Virus record (IMG/VR): IMGVR_UViG_3300045922_000293
Coordinates: 1 to 64,000 of that record
From: a virus
DNA length: 64,000 bases
Direction: 5' to 3' (one strand)
The notes under the pieces were generated by a model. The model made no database searches and was not told the origin of the DNA. It saw nothing but the letters and a program-made list of their open reading frames with translations. Below, one piece after another: positions 20,653 to 29,861 of this stretch. Position 1 is the first letter of the stretch, and the number at the start of each line of letters is the position of its first letter. A program made the position numbers and the translations under genes.

Positions 20653-21438
20653 ATGGCGCATTATTTCATTCAGAATATGGACCCTAGTGATATGTCCGCG
20701 ATGTTTTCTACAGAAGACGCGATGGATCCTTTTGAAGACCCCATTGGTTATGATCAAAAAGAAGAGTACCGCGCTCGGATCTATGTCATGCTTCCCCGTA
20801 TCCCTGATCAGGAGGCTGATATGCTAGAGCTGTATTTTTTCAGAAATAAAACGCAGATGGAGATAGCCAAAATCTTCGGGGTCACGCAAGCCGCTGTGAG
20901 CTACAGGATCAAACGATCTTTACAGCGCTTGAGGTTCTTGATGGATATGCCTATTTTAACACGTGAACAGATCGCTCACGACATGCAATTCTTCAGTGAC
21001 TTTGAAATCGCTGTGTTACAAGAGATGTATGATTGTACGTGTCAAAGCTCTGTATCTGAGCGTCTTGGTAAATCACAGAACAAGGTCAGGTATCATTTTC
21101 AGCGTTGTATCCTCTATCTCCTCTCTAAAGTAAAAGATCCCGTGATTCAAGATGTTCGCTTTGATCCTTATGGTCAAATTCTCAAGAACATCTCAACGCT
21201 CCAGCATGTGGATGATGACGCATACTGTGAGTTTGCCCATGCTCCGCTAGAGTACGTCTATAAGATGATCCGTAATGATAAAGTATCTGACGAACCTGAG
21301 TTTTCGGATCTTTCTGAAGAATTCGTCACGCATTTGACTTATTTTTGGATGTTTGAGAGGATTAAGATTCATTTTAATATCCTTCAGGAGATTAAGCTGC
21401 CTAAATGGCATGGAAGGTCTACGCGCATCTTAGGGTAA
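20653..21438 (+). CDS. sigma-70 region-4-like tandem HTH protein
   Basis: LELYFFRNKTQMEIAKIFGVTQAAVSYRIKRSLQRLR, followed by a second HTH-like segment CQSSVSERLGKSQNKVRY. Confidence 0.7.
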   Translation: MAHYFIQNMDPSDMSAMFSTEDAMDPFEDPIGYDQKEEYRARIYVMLPRIPDQEADMLELYFFRNKTQMEIAKIFGVTQAAVSYRIKRSLQRLRFLMDMPILTREQIAHDMQFFSDFEIAVLQEMYDCTCQSSVSERLGKSQNKVRYHFQRCILYLLSKVKDPVIQDVRFDPYGQILKNISTLQHVDDDAYCEFAHAPLEYVYKMIRNDKVSDEPEFSDLSEEFVTHLTYFWMFERIKIHFNILQEIKLPKWHGRSTRILG

Positions 21439-21443
21439 TCTTC

Positions 21444-21453
21444 AACTTTTAAT
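21444..21453 (+). promoter_or_regulatory. candidate late promoter motif (AACTTTTAAT)
   Basis: First observed copy of the recurring A[A/T]CTTTT[A/T]AT motif, at the start of the morphogenesis block. Confidence 0.55.
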
Positions 21454-21514
21454 AAAAGTGTGAGAAGAGGTATGTATCTACATACTTTTTTTCATTTTGA
21501 GCGTATGAAAATTC

Positions 21515-21847
21515 ATGGAGGGGGATCTCTACGAGGGGCATAAGCGATGGCGTGTTATAGATATGGATAAGAAGGACAAAGCGAATGTAATTATGAGTAA
21601 GGACGTGGCGAGACTCTTCTTGGCGAAGATAGCTTCCCAATCCGTATGTTTGACTGTGTTTTTTATTGGGGGGGATCAATCCAAGGCGTACAAGCGATTT
21701 CTTGAGTTTGTAGTGACGCTGTATGCTGATATGATCAAGTTACGTCAAGAAGGTGAACAGATTACGGTGATCTGTCTTGATCCCGATGTGGCAGATGAGA
21801 TTCGTGATTATTGCGTCAAGCATGATCTAGACTGTACGGATATGTGA
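21515..21847 (+). CDS. hypothetical protein
   Basis: ORF track; an alternative ATG lies at 21563. Confidence 0.6.
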   Translation: MEGDLYEGHKRWRVIDMDKKDKANVIMSKDVARLFLAKIASQSVCLTVFFIGGDQSKAYKRFLEFVVTLYADMIKLRQEGEQITVICLDPDVADEIRDYCVKHDLDCTDM

Positions 21848-21855
21848 GGATTCTT

Positions 21856-22212
21856 ATGTTTAACTTTGATTATGAGGATTTTGAGCTAGGCGGGATGTTC
21901 GATGATTTTGACACGATGAGCATCGATGAGAAGTTGGGAGACGTGCCTAATGTCTTCTCTGCCCGTGATCTTGCTCTTTTAAATCGATTGCATCAGGCAT
22001 CCCGCCCCAGGACGGTGGGCAAGAAGCTCCCCCCAAGGTTCAGGGTCAAGCACGCATCGACGCTCGTCAGGCACGGGTTTGTGCGCGTCGCCAATAGCCC
22101 AAATAAGCTGGTACGTTTGAGTGAGAAAGATTTTTGGGAGATCGAGGATAAAGATGGGGAGCTGATCGTCAAGCGCCTCTTTGATCCCAACGCGGGTCCG
22201 GTCAAAGCATAA
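21856..22212 (+). CDS. hypothetical protein, possible head component
   Basis: GAGGA before ATG 21856; contains KHAS and RVAN motifs. Confidence 0.65.
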   Translation: MFNFDYEDFELGGMFDDFDTMSIDEKLGDVPNVFSARDLALLNRLHQASRPRTVGKKLPPRFRVKHASTLVRHGFVRVANSPNKLVRLSEKDFWEIEDKDGELIVKRLFDPNAGPVKA

Positions 22213-22709
22213 TGAGCACACAGCATGAACGCGCGATGGCGCACCGCATAGCGTGTGCGATGCACGCTATACGGATGAAGCGGACGGCGGGTGAGGTAAG
22301 GTTCGTGAAAGATGATGGCAGCATCAAGCGAGCCATCCCCCCCGACTTTACTTTCAGCCCGAAGGCAATCAAACCCCTCACGAAAGTGATCTGGAGTCTA
22401 TCCGTGGCGTTGGGGCACATGATTAATGGGTCGAATCGCTTTAATCGTATTAAGAGCATTAGCATTAGTCCTGATGGCCTTGTCGGGGGGAAAGGCTATG
22501 TTCAGAAGATCCCTGACATGCGTAAACATTTGTCGGATGCGATTGAGACGGTGACCGCGATCATTGACACATTGCATGATGAAATCACGGCGGATCATTG
22601 GCAGGATATGAAGAAGCAAACTCTCTCGGATAAAGATCGCAAGGAAGTTCAAGATATGCTGTCTGATTCTGAGGATATTTTGATGGATCCCGATTCCTTA
22701 GGGGATTAA
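22212..22709 (+). CDS. hypothetical protein, possible head component
   Basis: TAATG coupling to the previous gene; leader ends in MKRTA. Confidence 0.7.
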   Translation: MSTQHERAMAHRIACAMHAIRMKRTAGEVRFVKDDGSIKRAIPPDFTFSPKAIKPLTKVIWSLSVALGHMINGSNRFNRIKSISISPDGLVGGKGYVQKIPDMRKHLSDAIETVTAIIDTLHDEITADHWQDMKKQTLSDKDRKEVQDMLSDSEDILMDPDSLGD

Positions 22710-22790
22710 TCTTTTTTTAAACTTACATGTCTGTGTCTTGTTGACATGGCCTCCAGCTTGAAACACCCTAAAGATTAAAGAGAGTTGATA

Positions 22791-23465
22791 ATGCGCAACC
22801 ACCGTACCGCCCGTCCCCGTAAACACATCCGCCGTGCTTCACATGTGGAAGTACCATGTCTTACATGTGGTCAATGTGAAATGCTGGCAAAGTGCCTCAC
22901 GGATCTTGTCGGGGAGAAGAAGATTGTTGAGGCTGATTTGCGTCAGCTTGTGAGTGATCTTGCGCCCCGCAAGGATGAGTTGTCAGATGCCGTGACGGTC
23001 ATTCAGGGGGAATTCTCAAAGAATATGGACCCCGCTAGCAAGAAGCTCAATGATTTGTGTGATGCGCTCTTGGCCCATGCGGCGCATGACCGCAACCTGC
23101 CCTTCAATTATAAAGTGGCCTTGAGCGACGTGGATATTGAGAATCTGGGCACCTTGACCGACAATGTTTGCCTAGCAATGGAGCAGATTGAGGAGGATAC
23201 GCATGATAGTCTTGCTGCGATGGCGGACATCATGCTTGAGTTGCGTGCTCTTGATAGCATGAGCGGCACCGCTCGCACGCGTCGCGCGAGCGCGCTGGCG
23301 TCTCTTGTGGATGCATTCGAGGCTCTTGACCCTCAAGTTCAGCGCACGCTTCAGATGATTCGTCTAGCGCGCCGCCGTGTTGCGGAGAATGTTGCTGCGG
23401 CGATGGAGGACCTTGAGAAGTTGCGTGAGATGCAGAATGAGGCGAAGGCTGAGCTGGATGTCTGA
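22791..23465 (+). CDS. hypothetical coiled-coil protein, possible head component
   Basis: Basic leader with RTA and RRAS, then a helical body. Confidence 0.7.
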   Translation: MRNHRTARPRKHIRRASHVEVPCLTCGQCEMLAKCLTDLVGEKKIVEADLRQLVSDLAPRKDELSDAVTVIQGEFSKNMDPASKKLNDLCDALLAHAAHDRNLPFNYKVALSDVDIENLGTLTDNVCLAMEQIEEDTHDSLAAMADIMLELRALDSMSGTARTRRASALASLVDAFEALDPQVQRTLQMIRLARRRVAENVAAAMEDLEKLREMQNEAKAELDV

Positions 23466-23566
23466 TCAAGGCACGAGAAGAGCCTCACATGAACGCTAAA
23501 AACAAAGCGCAGTTTTTAGCGTCAAGCCCTTTTAGGCCGCGCTATCAAGAGGTTTCAAGGTTTGCG

Positions 23567-23598
23567 CTCCCCCGAATTTCATCGGGGGAGTTTTTTTT
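23567..23598 (+). terminator. intrinsic terminator
   Basis: CTCCCCCGA-loop-TCGGGGGAG followed by eight T. Confidence 0.88.
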
Positions 23599-23622
23599 AG
23601 AATAAAGGCAAGGTGAGATAAA

Positions 23623-26541
23623 ATGGGTAAAATGAATGATTTAACCGATTTTTTTGGAATGGTTCAGCCCGAGGTGCCGGAGCGTTTGCGCTGGCTCACG
23701 GAGAAGAGCACCGCTCCCTTGCCAAAACAGACCATGATCATTCCCGAGCTGGAAGCCGCTTGGAGCTTCGTGGGTGAGGAGAGCCCGTACACGCTAAGCT
23801 CTGAGCACTTCACGCCCACACGTGAGCAGCCCTTTTGGTCTGAGATCAAGCCCGTGGCCTTGAGCGATCGTGATCTGCGCGAAGTTTTGGTTGAGTTTGT
23901 CAAGACGCATCTCATGCGTGGAATGACACCAAAAGACGTAGATAAAGCCATTGCGGCGCAATTTCCCGTGGATGCCCGCACCGCTTCGATTATCAAAAAG
24001 GATATCAAGCCTTTGATTCAGCGTGAGGCAGGGCTATTGGGTGTCGTGTACGCGCCCGCATCTCTCTACCCCGCCTGCGGAACAAAAGGTCAAGGTAAAG
24101 AAGAAGTCCGTCAAGCAAATCCACTTTACGTTGCTGCCAAGCCATCATGCCACAGTTGTATTCACCGCTTAGAGGATATTGTAGAGGGGGGCTCCAAATG
24201 CTTGGTTTTTGATAAGACGCTTGTGTTTGATTTAGATTATGATGAAGATGTTTGGGATGCCCTAGAGAGCCGTTTTATCCACCTGAGTGACAAGTTTGCA
24301 TCACTGAAAACCCTTCCTGTTAAAGAACGTATCCGTAAGGCTTCTTTGATGGCGGGGGCACGTAAGAGTGCGTCTTGGGAATTTAAGCCCATAATTGCGG
24401 CCCCCGCTCCTATTACAACGGAAGGCGCTCAGGCATTTTTGAGAATTCAGGAAGGTTCCGCGATCTTAGATAACATCCGCGCGCGTCATAAATGTAAAGC
24501 GTTAGCGTGCTATATGATGGATCACGGCACGGATGCTCGGGTGTTGATCTTATTGGATCAAGATGAGGATGTTGCCCCCTTGAAAGATCATGCGTACATG
24601 CTGGGCAGTCTGTACAATGATATTTCATTTTTTGAGACGTACGCGGAGGCGAAGAGTTGGTGTGATGCGCATGCTGAGGTGATTGCCAAGGTGCCTTATC
24701 TTGTGGGCACCCCTTATGGTGAGGCGGCATCAGACGCGCGTGATCAAAGCCTCGAATGGTCAAGTGATGATGTGTTGGGGACATTGTGTGCGCGTGCGGT
24801 ACTCATTCAAGGTCATACAAGGCGCGCGAGTGCGTTGTGGAAAAAGCTCAGAGCTTCAAGTGCTGAGCACATCAAGAAGTTTGCCCAAGAGCTGTACCGC
24901 CATCCCGTACCCTCTAAAGTAGCAAAATACAAGAACCTCGCCTTACAGACCTATCACATCAAGACAGGGTTGACGGTCAAAGAGGCCAAGAAGCATCTAC
25001 GTCTGAATCATCATTATGCAACGGATGGAGGAAAAGCTAAGAGGGAGCTGCGTGAGGTCGCGGCGGTCTTAGCCTCAGGAGATCACAGCCAGCGTGTGCA
25101 GGATACCATAAAGAAGCACGCGCATTTATCCCCGCTCAAGCATCATGTGTACGGGCACGGGGTCTATTACATTTATGAAGGGTTTTTTAAAGATGGGGCG
25201 GCAAAAGATGCCTTCTTCACGAAGCACTCATCTAAGCGATCTTTACCCCTGATCCCGCGGGGACAAAATCCATGGGAGGATGATCGCGTTGTAGCTAGCC
25301 TTATGCATAATGCATTGATCTCAGGTGTGAAGCTAGCGTCTAAGCTGCCCCCTTTGAAGTCGCGTTATGCCCTTGCAAAGCGTTTGGCTTCCATGGGTGT
25401 GGTTCACCACGTGATTCAAGAGGGTGAGTCCCAGCGTTTGGATGCGAAGGAAGCCGCATGGATTGATACGCCGCTCACGCGTGATCAGATCAAGGATGCT
25501 ATGGTGCGCATGAAAAACCTGAGACATAAGCAGGTCGTGTTCCATGCAGAACGTTACTCCAGCGCGTCATGGTATAAGACCTTTGCCCCGCGTCTTCCTA
25601 AGACGGCAGCGGCGATCAAGGCTGCATTGATCAAACATCATAAGCATAGCCTCTCACCTGATTCACTTGTCATCCATGAGGAAGAGGTCTTCCGATTTGA
25701 TAATGTTCGCCGTCTTGTTCAAGCCATTTTTCAAGGAAAGCGTGTTCGGGATTATGTTGAGAATCTTGAAGGATCAGAAATCGAGTCACTAGCTCCTATT
25801 CTAGCCGTGATGAAGAGCGAGGAGGGCTTGCATGGTTATGAATATGGTTACGCGGGTGCATTTGAGGATTGTAAAAAAGGCGCATCCAAGGTGCAGCCCC
25901 GTATGATCGTGAAGGCGTCTAAGTGTGAAGGGTGTATGTATCAGAAACAGGCTGGGCATTGTATGTTATATCATGCTGCGTTAGTGGATACCCCTCAGTA
26001 TACGGTAGAAGCTACCAAGGCTGCCGTCGCCCATGCAATCAAGCAAGGGCGCATGGATAGGTCTACAGCCCAGCCGATCCTTGCATCCCTTGAGCACGGC
26101 CCTCATGAAAGAGCATTGCGATCGATCATTCGTGCAGCTAACCTTGCCATCCCTGCGGTCCTTGCAAGGAAGAGTCAATTTAGTGGTCCTGATATTTTTA
26201 CACAGCATATGAGTTTTGAAGGGTCGGATACGGATTCAAAGGTGGATGCTTCTCAAGCTATCAAGGCGGCTTCCGTGTGGGTCTCACAAGGGTTTAGTCG
26301 ATCTGAGGTGTGCTCAAAGCTCAAGCATGCTTTCCACCCCGAGGTGCTCAAGACTGCAAAGAAGGGTCTCAAAAATGTGCTTCGCAAGTGCGCCCATGAT
26401 CATGCACAAGATGAGCTGACCACGTATGATTCACGCTTAAGCGGCGATGCACATGATGAAATTGCGGCGTATGATATGGACTTTTACGGGAACAGTGCCT
26501 CAAGCATGGATGAAGAACTTTTAATGAATAGGAAGGTATAA
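23623..26541 (+). CDS. large hypothetical protein with internal repeats and Cys clusters
   Basis: 972 aa; AAGGTGAG upstream; duplicated ExGLxGxxY...C...CxxC...C module. Confidence 0.8.
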   Translation: MGKMNDLTDFFGMVQPEVPERLRWLTEKSTAPLPKQTMIIPELEAAWSFVGEESPYTLSSEHFTPTREQPFWSEIKPVALSDRDLREVLVEFVKTHLMRGMTPKDVDKAIAAQFPVDARTASIIKKDIKPLIQREAGLLGVVYAPASLYPACGTKGQGKEEVRQANPLYVAAKPSCHSCIHRLEDIVEGGSKCLVFDKTLVFDLDYDEDVWDALESRFIHLSDKFASLKTLPVKERIRKASLMAGARKSASWEFKPIIAAPAPITTEGAQAFLRIQEGSAILDNIRARHKCKALACYMMDHGTDARVLILLDQDEDVAPLKDHAYMLGSLYNDISFFETYAEAKSWCDAHAEVIAKVPYLVGTPYGEAASDARDQSLEWSSDDVLGTLCARAVLIQGHTRRASALWKKLRASSAEHIKKFAQELYRHPVPSKVAKYKNLALQTYHIKTGLTVKEAKKHLRLNHHYATDGGKAKRELREVAAVLASGDHSQRVQDTIKKHAHLSPLKHHVYGHGVYYIYEGFFKDGAAKDAFFTKHSSKRSLPLIPRGQNPWEDDRVVASLMHNALISGVKLASKLPPLKSRYALAKRLASMGVVHHVIQEGESQRLDAKEAAWIDTPLTRDQIKDAMVRMKNLRHKQVVFHAERYSSASWYKTFAPRLPKTAAAIKAALIKHHKHSLSPDSLVIHEEEVFRFDNVRRLVQAIFQGKRVRDYVENLEGSEIESLAPILAVMKSEEGLHGYEYGYAGAFEDCKKGASKVQPRMIVKASKCEGCMYQKQAGHCMLYHAALVDTPQYTVEATKAAVAHAIKQGRMDRSTAQPILASLEHGPHERALRSIIRAANLAIPAVLARKSQFSGPDIFTQHMSFEGSDTDSKVDASQAIKAASVWVSQGFSRSEVCSKLKHAFHPEVLKTAKKGLKNVLRKCAHDHAQDELTTYDSRLSGDAHDEIAAYDMDFYGNSASSMDEELLMNRKV
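26516..26525 (+). promoter_or_regulatory. candidate late promoter motif (AACTTTTAAT)
   Basis: Motif copy upstream of the terminase genes. Confidence 0.45.
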
Positions 26542-26639
26542 GGGGGCAGTACAAAGAATAACACCCCATACAGGGCTTGCTAACTAGACGGCAAAAGATA
26601 CTAGGATGCAAGCCCTGTTTTATGAGGAGAAGAAGAAGT

Positions 26640-27206
26640 ATGGCCACACTCATGCCTTTCGGCGCTTTATACGTCGTGAAAGAAACTCGTAAACGCGGCC
26701 GAGGTCGTCCTTCACTCCGTGAAAAAATGATGACGGAGGATCAGGATGAACAAGATATCATTAACAATGCGCTTGATGAAGCGGATATAGAGCGAAGAAT
26801 ATCGAATTCAAAGCTTGTTAAAAACATTCGATCGAACCCCAATAACACTAAAATTGCAGACATGCTTCTTGAAGAATTTGCAAAGGAGGCTGCTTCTTTA
26901 GAGATTGATCGCATACGTTTACAGGCTGACGGGAAAGATACGAGCGGCGTTGCACAAAAGCGCCTCACAGCGTTACGTCTTACCATGGATGGTTATTACC
27001 GTAAGATTGACATGATGAAGGGCGGTGCGTTGGATTTAAAGCATCCTGATGTGGCGCGCTTGATTGAATATCTGATTCATGTGTTCATGCAGGCGATGTC
27101 GGACACGAAGGTTCCTCATGATATGATTACGGTGGTCATGGATAAACTGACGCATGTGTTGGAGGACGAGACCCGTATGCGGGCATTTATTCAAGGTAAG
27201 AAATAA
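26640..27206 (+). CDS. probable terminase small subunit
   Basis: Helical protein with basic RKRGRGRPS, translationally coupled (TAATG) to the large terminase. The call is positional. Confidence 0.55.
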   Translation: MATLMPFGALYVVKETRKRGRGRPSLREKMMTEDQDEQDIINNALDEADIERRISNSKLVKNIRSNPNNTKIADMLLEEFAKEAASLEIDRIRLQADGKDTSGVAQKRLTALRLTMDGYYRKIDMMKGGALDLKHPDVARLIEYLIHVFMQAMSDTKVPHDMITVVMDKLTHVLEDETRMRAFIQGKK

Positions 27207-29122
27207 TGTCTTTTGCGGACATAGCACGTCGCGTCAGTCGTCAGATCTTAGAGGATGACACGAAGAAGCCTGTCCTCTCAATTATTGATTTCATTGAGAG
27301 CCCTATCGGGTTGCAGTTTACGGTAGATCAGCAAGGTGCCAGCCTGTTTCCCGTTCAGAAGTTTATTCTCAAGGCGTATTATGGGAATGAGCTTGATACT
27401 ACCCATCAATATATCAACATTCCTAAATCATGGCGGTATGCGGGGTCTTCGCGACCTGATCATTTTTACAAATTTACTGAACAAGAATACCTTGCTTACT
27501 TGCATTCTGAAGGCCGCTGTAATATTAAGCATCTTGATCACCCCCGCCGAGAATTAGCTTTAGCCGTGGGCCGCCGTAGTGGTAAGAGCGCGATCAGTGC
27601 GATGATCGCGGCTTATGAGCTATATAAGCTCTTGAACAAGAGTAACCCTCAGCGTTACTTCGGCCTGAAGCCCCATGATACGATTAAGATTTGTAGCGTC
27701 GCCCCTAGTGTGGATCAGGCCAAGCTCATCTATACGGAGTTGAGAAAGCACAGTAAGAATTGTGAGTACATCAAATCACATTTAGCTAAAGATACACAAT
27801 CTGAGATGCTTTTTCAGGCTCCCTTTGACCTTGAAGAGACGGGTAAGTTTAAGGACGGGGGTTTAGCTTCATTAGGCATTTCATTTCACAGCGCAAATGC
27901 GGGGTCATTGCGTGGTCATAATAACTATGTCATTATTCTTGATGAGTTTGCATTCTTCCCTTATGATGGTGTGACAAGTGATCGTGAGGTGTATCAATCG
28001 ATCACACCGTCTACGGCGGCCTTCTCCCCTAAAGATCCGAATATTCCTACGCAATCCATCGGGGAGGTGGAGAGCCGCATCATTATGATCAGCTCCCCGT
28101 TTGGTAAATCTGGTCTGTTTTATGAGAAGTTTCAGGTTGCCATGGGGGGCCTGATCGGATCGGATGATATTCTCATGATTCAAGCCCCTACATGGGAGGT
28201 GAATCCTACGGTTCCCGCGAGCTATCTTCAGAAAGAGTATGCGAAGAACCCTGAAAATTTCACGTGTGAGTTTGGCGCTCAGTTTTCAGACAGCATTAAA
28301 TCATGGATTGAAGATCGGGACAAATTTATCAAATGCATTCAACCTGATCTGAGGGCGGAGGAGAGGGGGAGGCCGAGGCAGGCGCACTTCTTGGGCCTTG
28401 ACGTAGCGATCAAGGATGACCGCACAGCCGTGGTGTTGACGCGTCCTGAAGATGGCCGCATCAAGTTAGTCTATCATGAGCAATGGCAGGCAGGTGTCCC
28501 TTGGGAAGAATTAAATGCTCATTTGAAGGCCCCGCTGGTGGAGTATGCGATGGGCTTAGAAGGCGTGACGATGCTTGACTTTGATGCTATTGCGGATTGG
28601 ATTGAAGAGTTATCAAGACGCTTTTACATTAAAAGAGGCATCTTCGATCAGTGGAACGGTTATGCTTTAGAGCAAACCTTAAAGAAACGCGGCCTACTTG
28701 AAATCATTACGCAAAATTTTACGAATATTGAGAAAACTACCATGTTTGAGGCTTGGAAGCAGATGATGTACTATGAGAAGCATATAATGTATAACTATCC
28801 GATCCCGCCGGATAAGAAATATGCGGAGTATATTCAAGAGTTACTTGAATTGGAGGCTAGAAAGGTTAGTAAGCACATTACGGATGTACAAGCCCCGAAA
28901 ATTCAAGGCAAGCACGATGATTTTTCGGATGCTTATATCAGGTCTTCTTGGCTTTGCATGGAGCACATAGACACAAGCAAAAAGTATTTTGCGGGCCGAC
29001 CTTCAGGGAATGCCGCGGGTCTCAGCGCGCAACAGGCGTCAGCGCGGCATCCCATGTTTCAGTATGGCATGGCAGCGGATCCCCGCCGTCGTCAGATTCC
29101 TAAACCCCGCCGTCGTAGGTGA
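27206..29122 (+). CDS. terL: terminase large subunit
   Basis: Walker A VGRRSGKS, Walker B IILDEFAF, coupling motif ISSP, nuclease motifs LGLDVA, FDQWN and HDDFSDA. Confidence 0.93.
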   Translation: MSFADIARRVSRQILEDDTKKPVLSIIDFIESPIGLQFTVDQQGASLFPVQKFILKAYYGNELDTTHQYINIPKSWRYAGSSRPDHFYKFTEQEYLAYLHSEGRCNIKHLDHPRRELALAVGRRSGKSAISAMIAAYELYKLLNKSNPQRYFGLKPHDTIKICSVAPSVDQAKLIYTELRKHSKNCEYIKSHLAKDTQSEMLFQAPFDLEETGKFKDGGLASLGISFHSANAGSLRGHNNYVIILDEFAFFPYDGVTSDREVYQSITPSTAAFSPKDPNIPTQSIGEVESRIIMISSPFGKSGLFYEKFQVAMGGLIGSDDILMIQAPTWEVNPTVPASYLQKEYAKNPENFTCEFGAQFSDSIKSWIEDRDKFIKCIQPDLRAEERGRPRQAHFLGLDVAIKDDRTAVVLTRPEDGRIKLVYHEQWQAGVPWEELNAHLKAPLVEYAMGLEGVTMLDFDAIADWIEELSRRFYIKRGIFDQWNGYALEQTLKKRGLLEIITQNFTNIEKTTMFEAWKQMMYYEKHIMYNYPIPPDKKYAEYIQELLELEARKVSKHITDVQAPKIQGKHDDFSDAYIRSSWLCMEHIDTSKKYFAGRPSGNAAGLSAQQASARHPMFQYGMAADPRRRQIPKPRRRR

Positions 29123-29337
29123 GCATCATGTCTTTTTGGAAGGATATTGTATCTGTCTATTTGAAGGATTTTGGCTATGATTCCGACTTGACTCAGGAGG
29201 ACTTGGCTCTTCTGAAGCAGACGTTTGAAAAAGCAAAAGGCTCATGGAAAGGCTTGGCGGAGGGTTCCACGGGGGATGTATCGATTCTCAAGCGCCTGTG
29301 TAAAGCCTTTATCAAACGAAGAGAGAAGAAAGATTGA
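29119..29337 (+). CDS. hypothetical protein
   Basis: 72-aa ORF overlapping both neighbours by 4 nt. Confidence 0.6.
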   Translation: MSIMSFWKDIVSVYLKDFGYDSDLTQEDLALLKQTFEKAKGSWKGLAEGSTGDVSILKRLCKAFIKRREKKD

Positions 29338-29861
29338 CACCTTATGAGCATAGGCTTTTGACGAGTGTGCTTGATGCATGGAGGGCGGATAACGGCCCTA
29401 GGATCCTGGAGCAGGCCGTGGATCACACGTCTAAATTCTTAGGGCGCGTGCGGGCGTGTTATAGGATCATGCATCGAAACGCGCCCAAGACGCTCAAAAT
29501 TACAAAAGATGCAAGCGCGGTGTTAGCGGTGTTGCGTGACATGAACGCGGATCTCTTATCAACTCGTCATGTACAGGGGCAAGCTCAAGGTATGGATGCG
29601 GTGTCTCAGGGGATCGCCCGTATTCATGTGTTGTTAGAAGCGTTGATCAAGGAGTATGTGGATCTAGCTAAGCATACATCTGATATGGATGCGGATCTCT
29701 ATGCTAAGAAGGTATCCTATCAGATTGAGGATTTTGAACATATTGCACAAAATTTAACCCGTCTTCAACGTCTAGAAGCTTTGTTAACTGCCGTGTTGGT
29801 AAAGGGTGTTGAAGAAGAAGACGGGGATGAGGTGAGACCCGCTCATGGCAACACGAAGTAA
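29334..29861 (+). CDS. hypothetical protein
   Basis: 175-aa helical ORF between terminase and portal. Confidence 0.6.
   Translation: MTPYEHRLLTSVLDAWRADNGPRILEQAVDHTSKFLGRVRACYRIMHRNAPKTLKITKDASAVLAVLRDMNADLLSTRHVQGQAQGMDAVSQGIARIHVLLEALIKEYVDLAKHTSDMDADLYAKKVSYQIEDFEHIAQNLTRLQRLEALLTAVLVKGVEEEDGDEVRPAHGNTK

Noticed and set aside
27206-29122. Intein in the terminase, RecA or helicases, which are common intein hosts
   Set aside because: Motif spacing and lengths look normal and I saw no intein block motifs.
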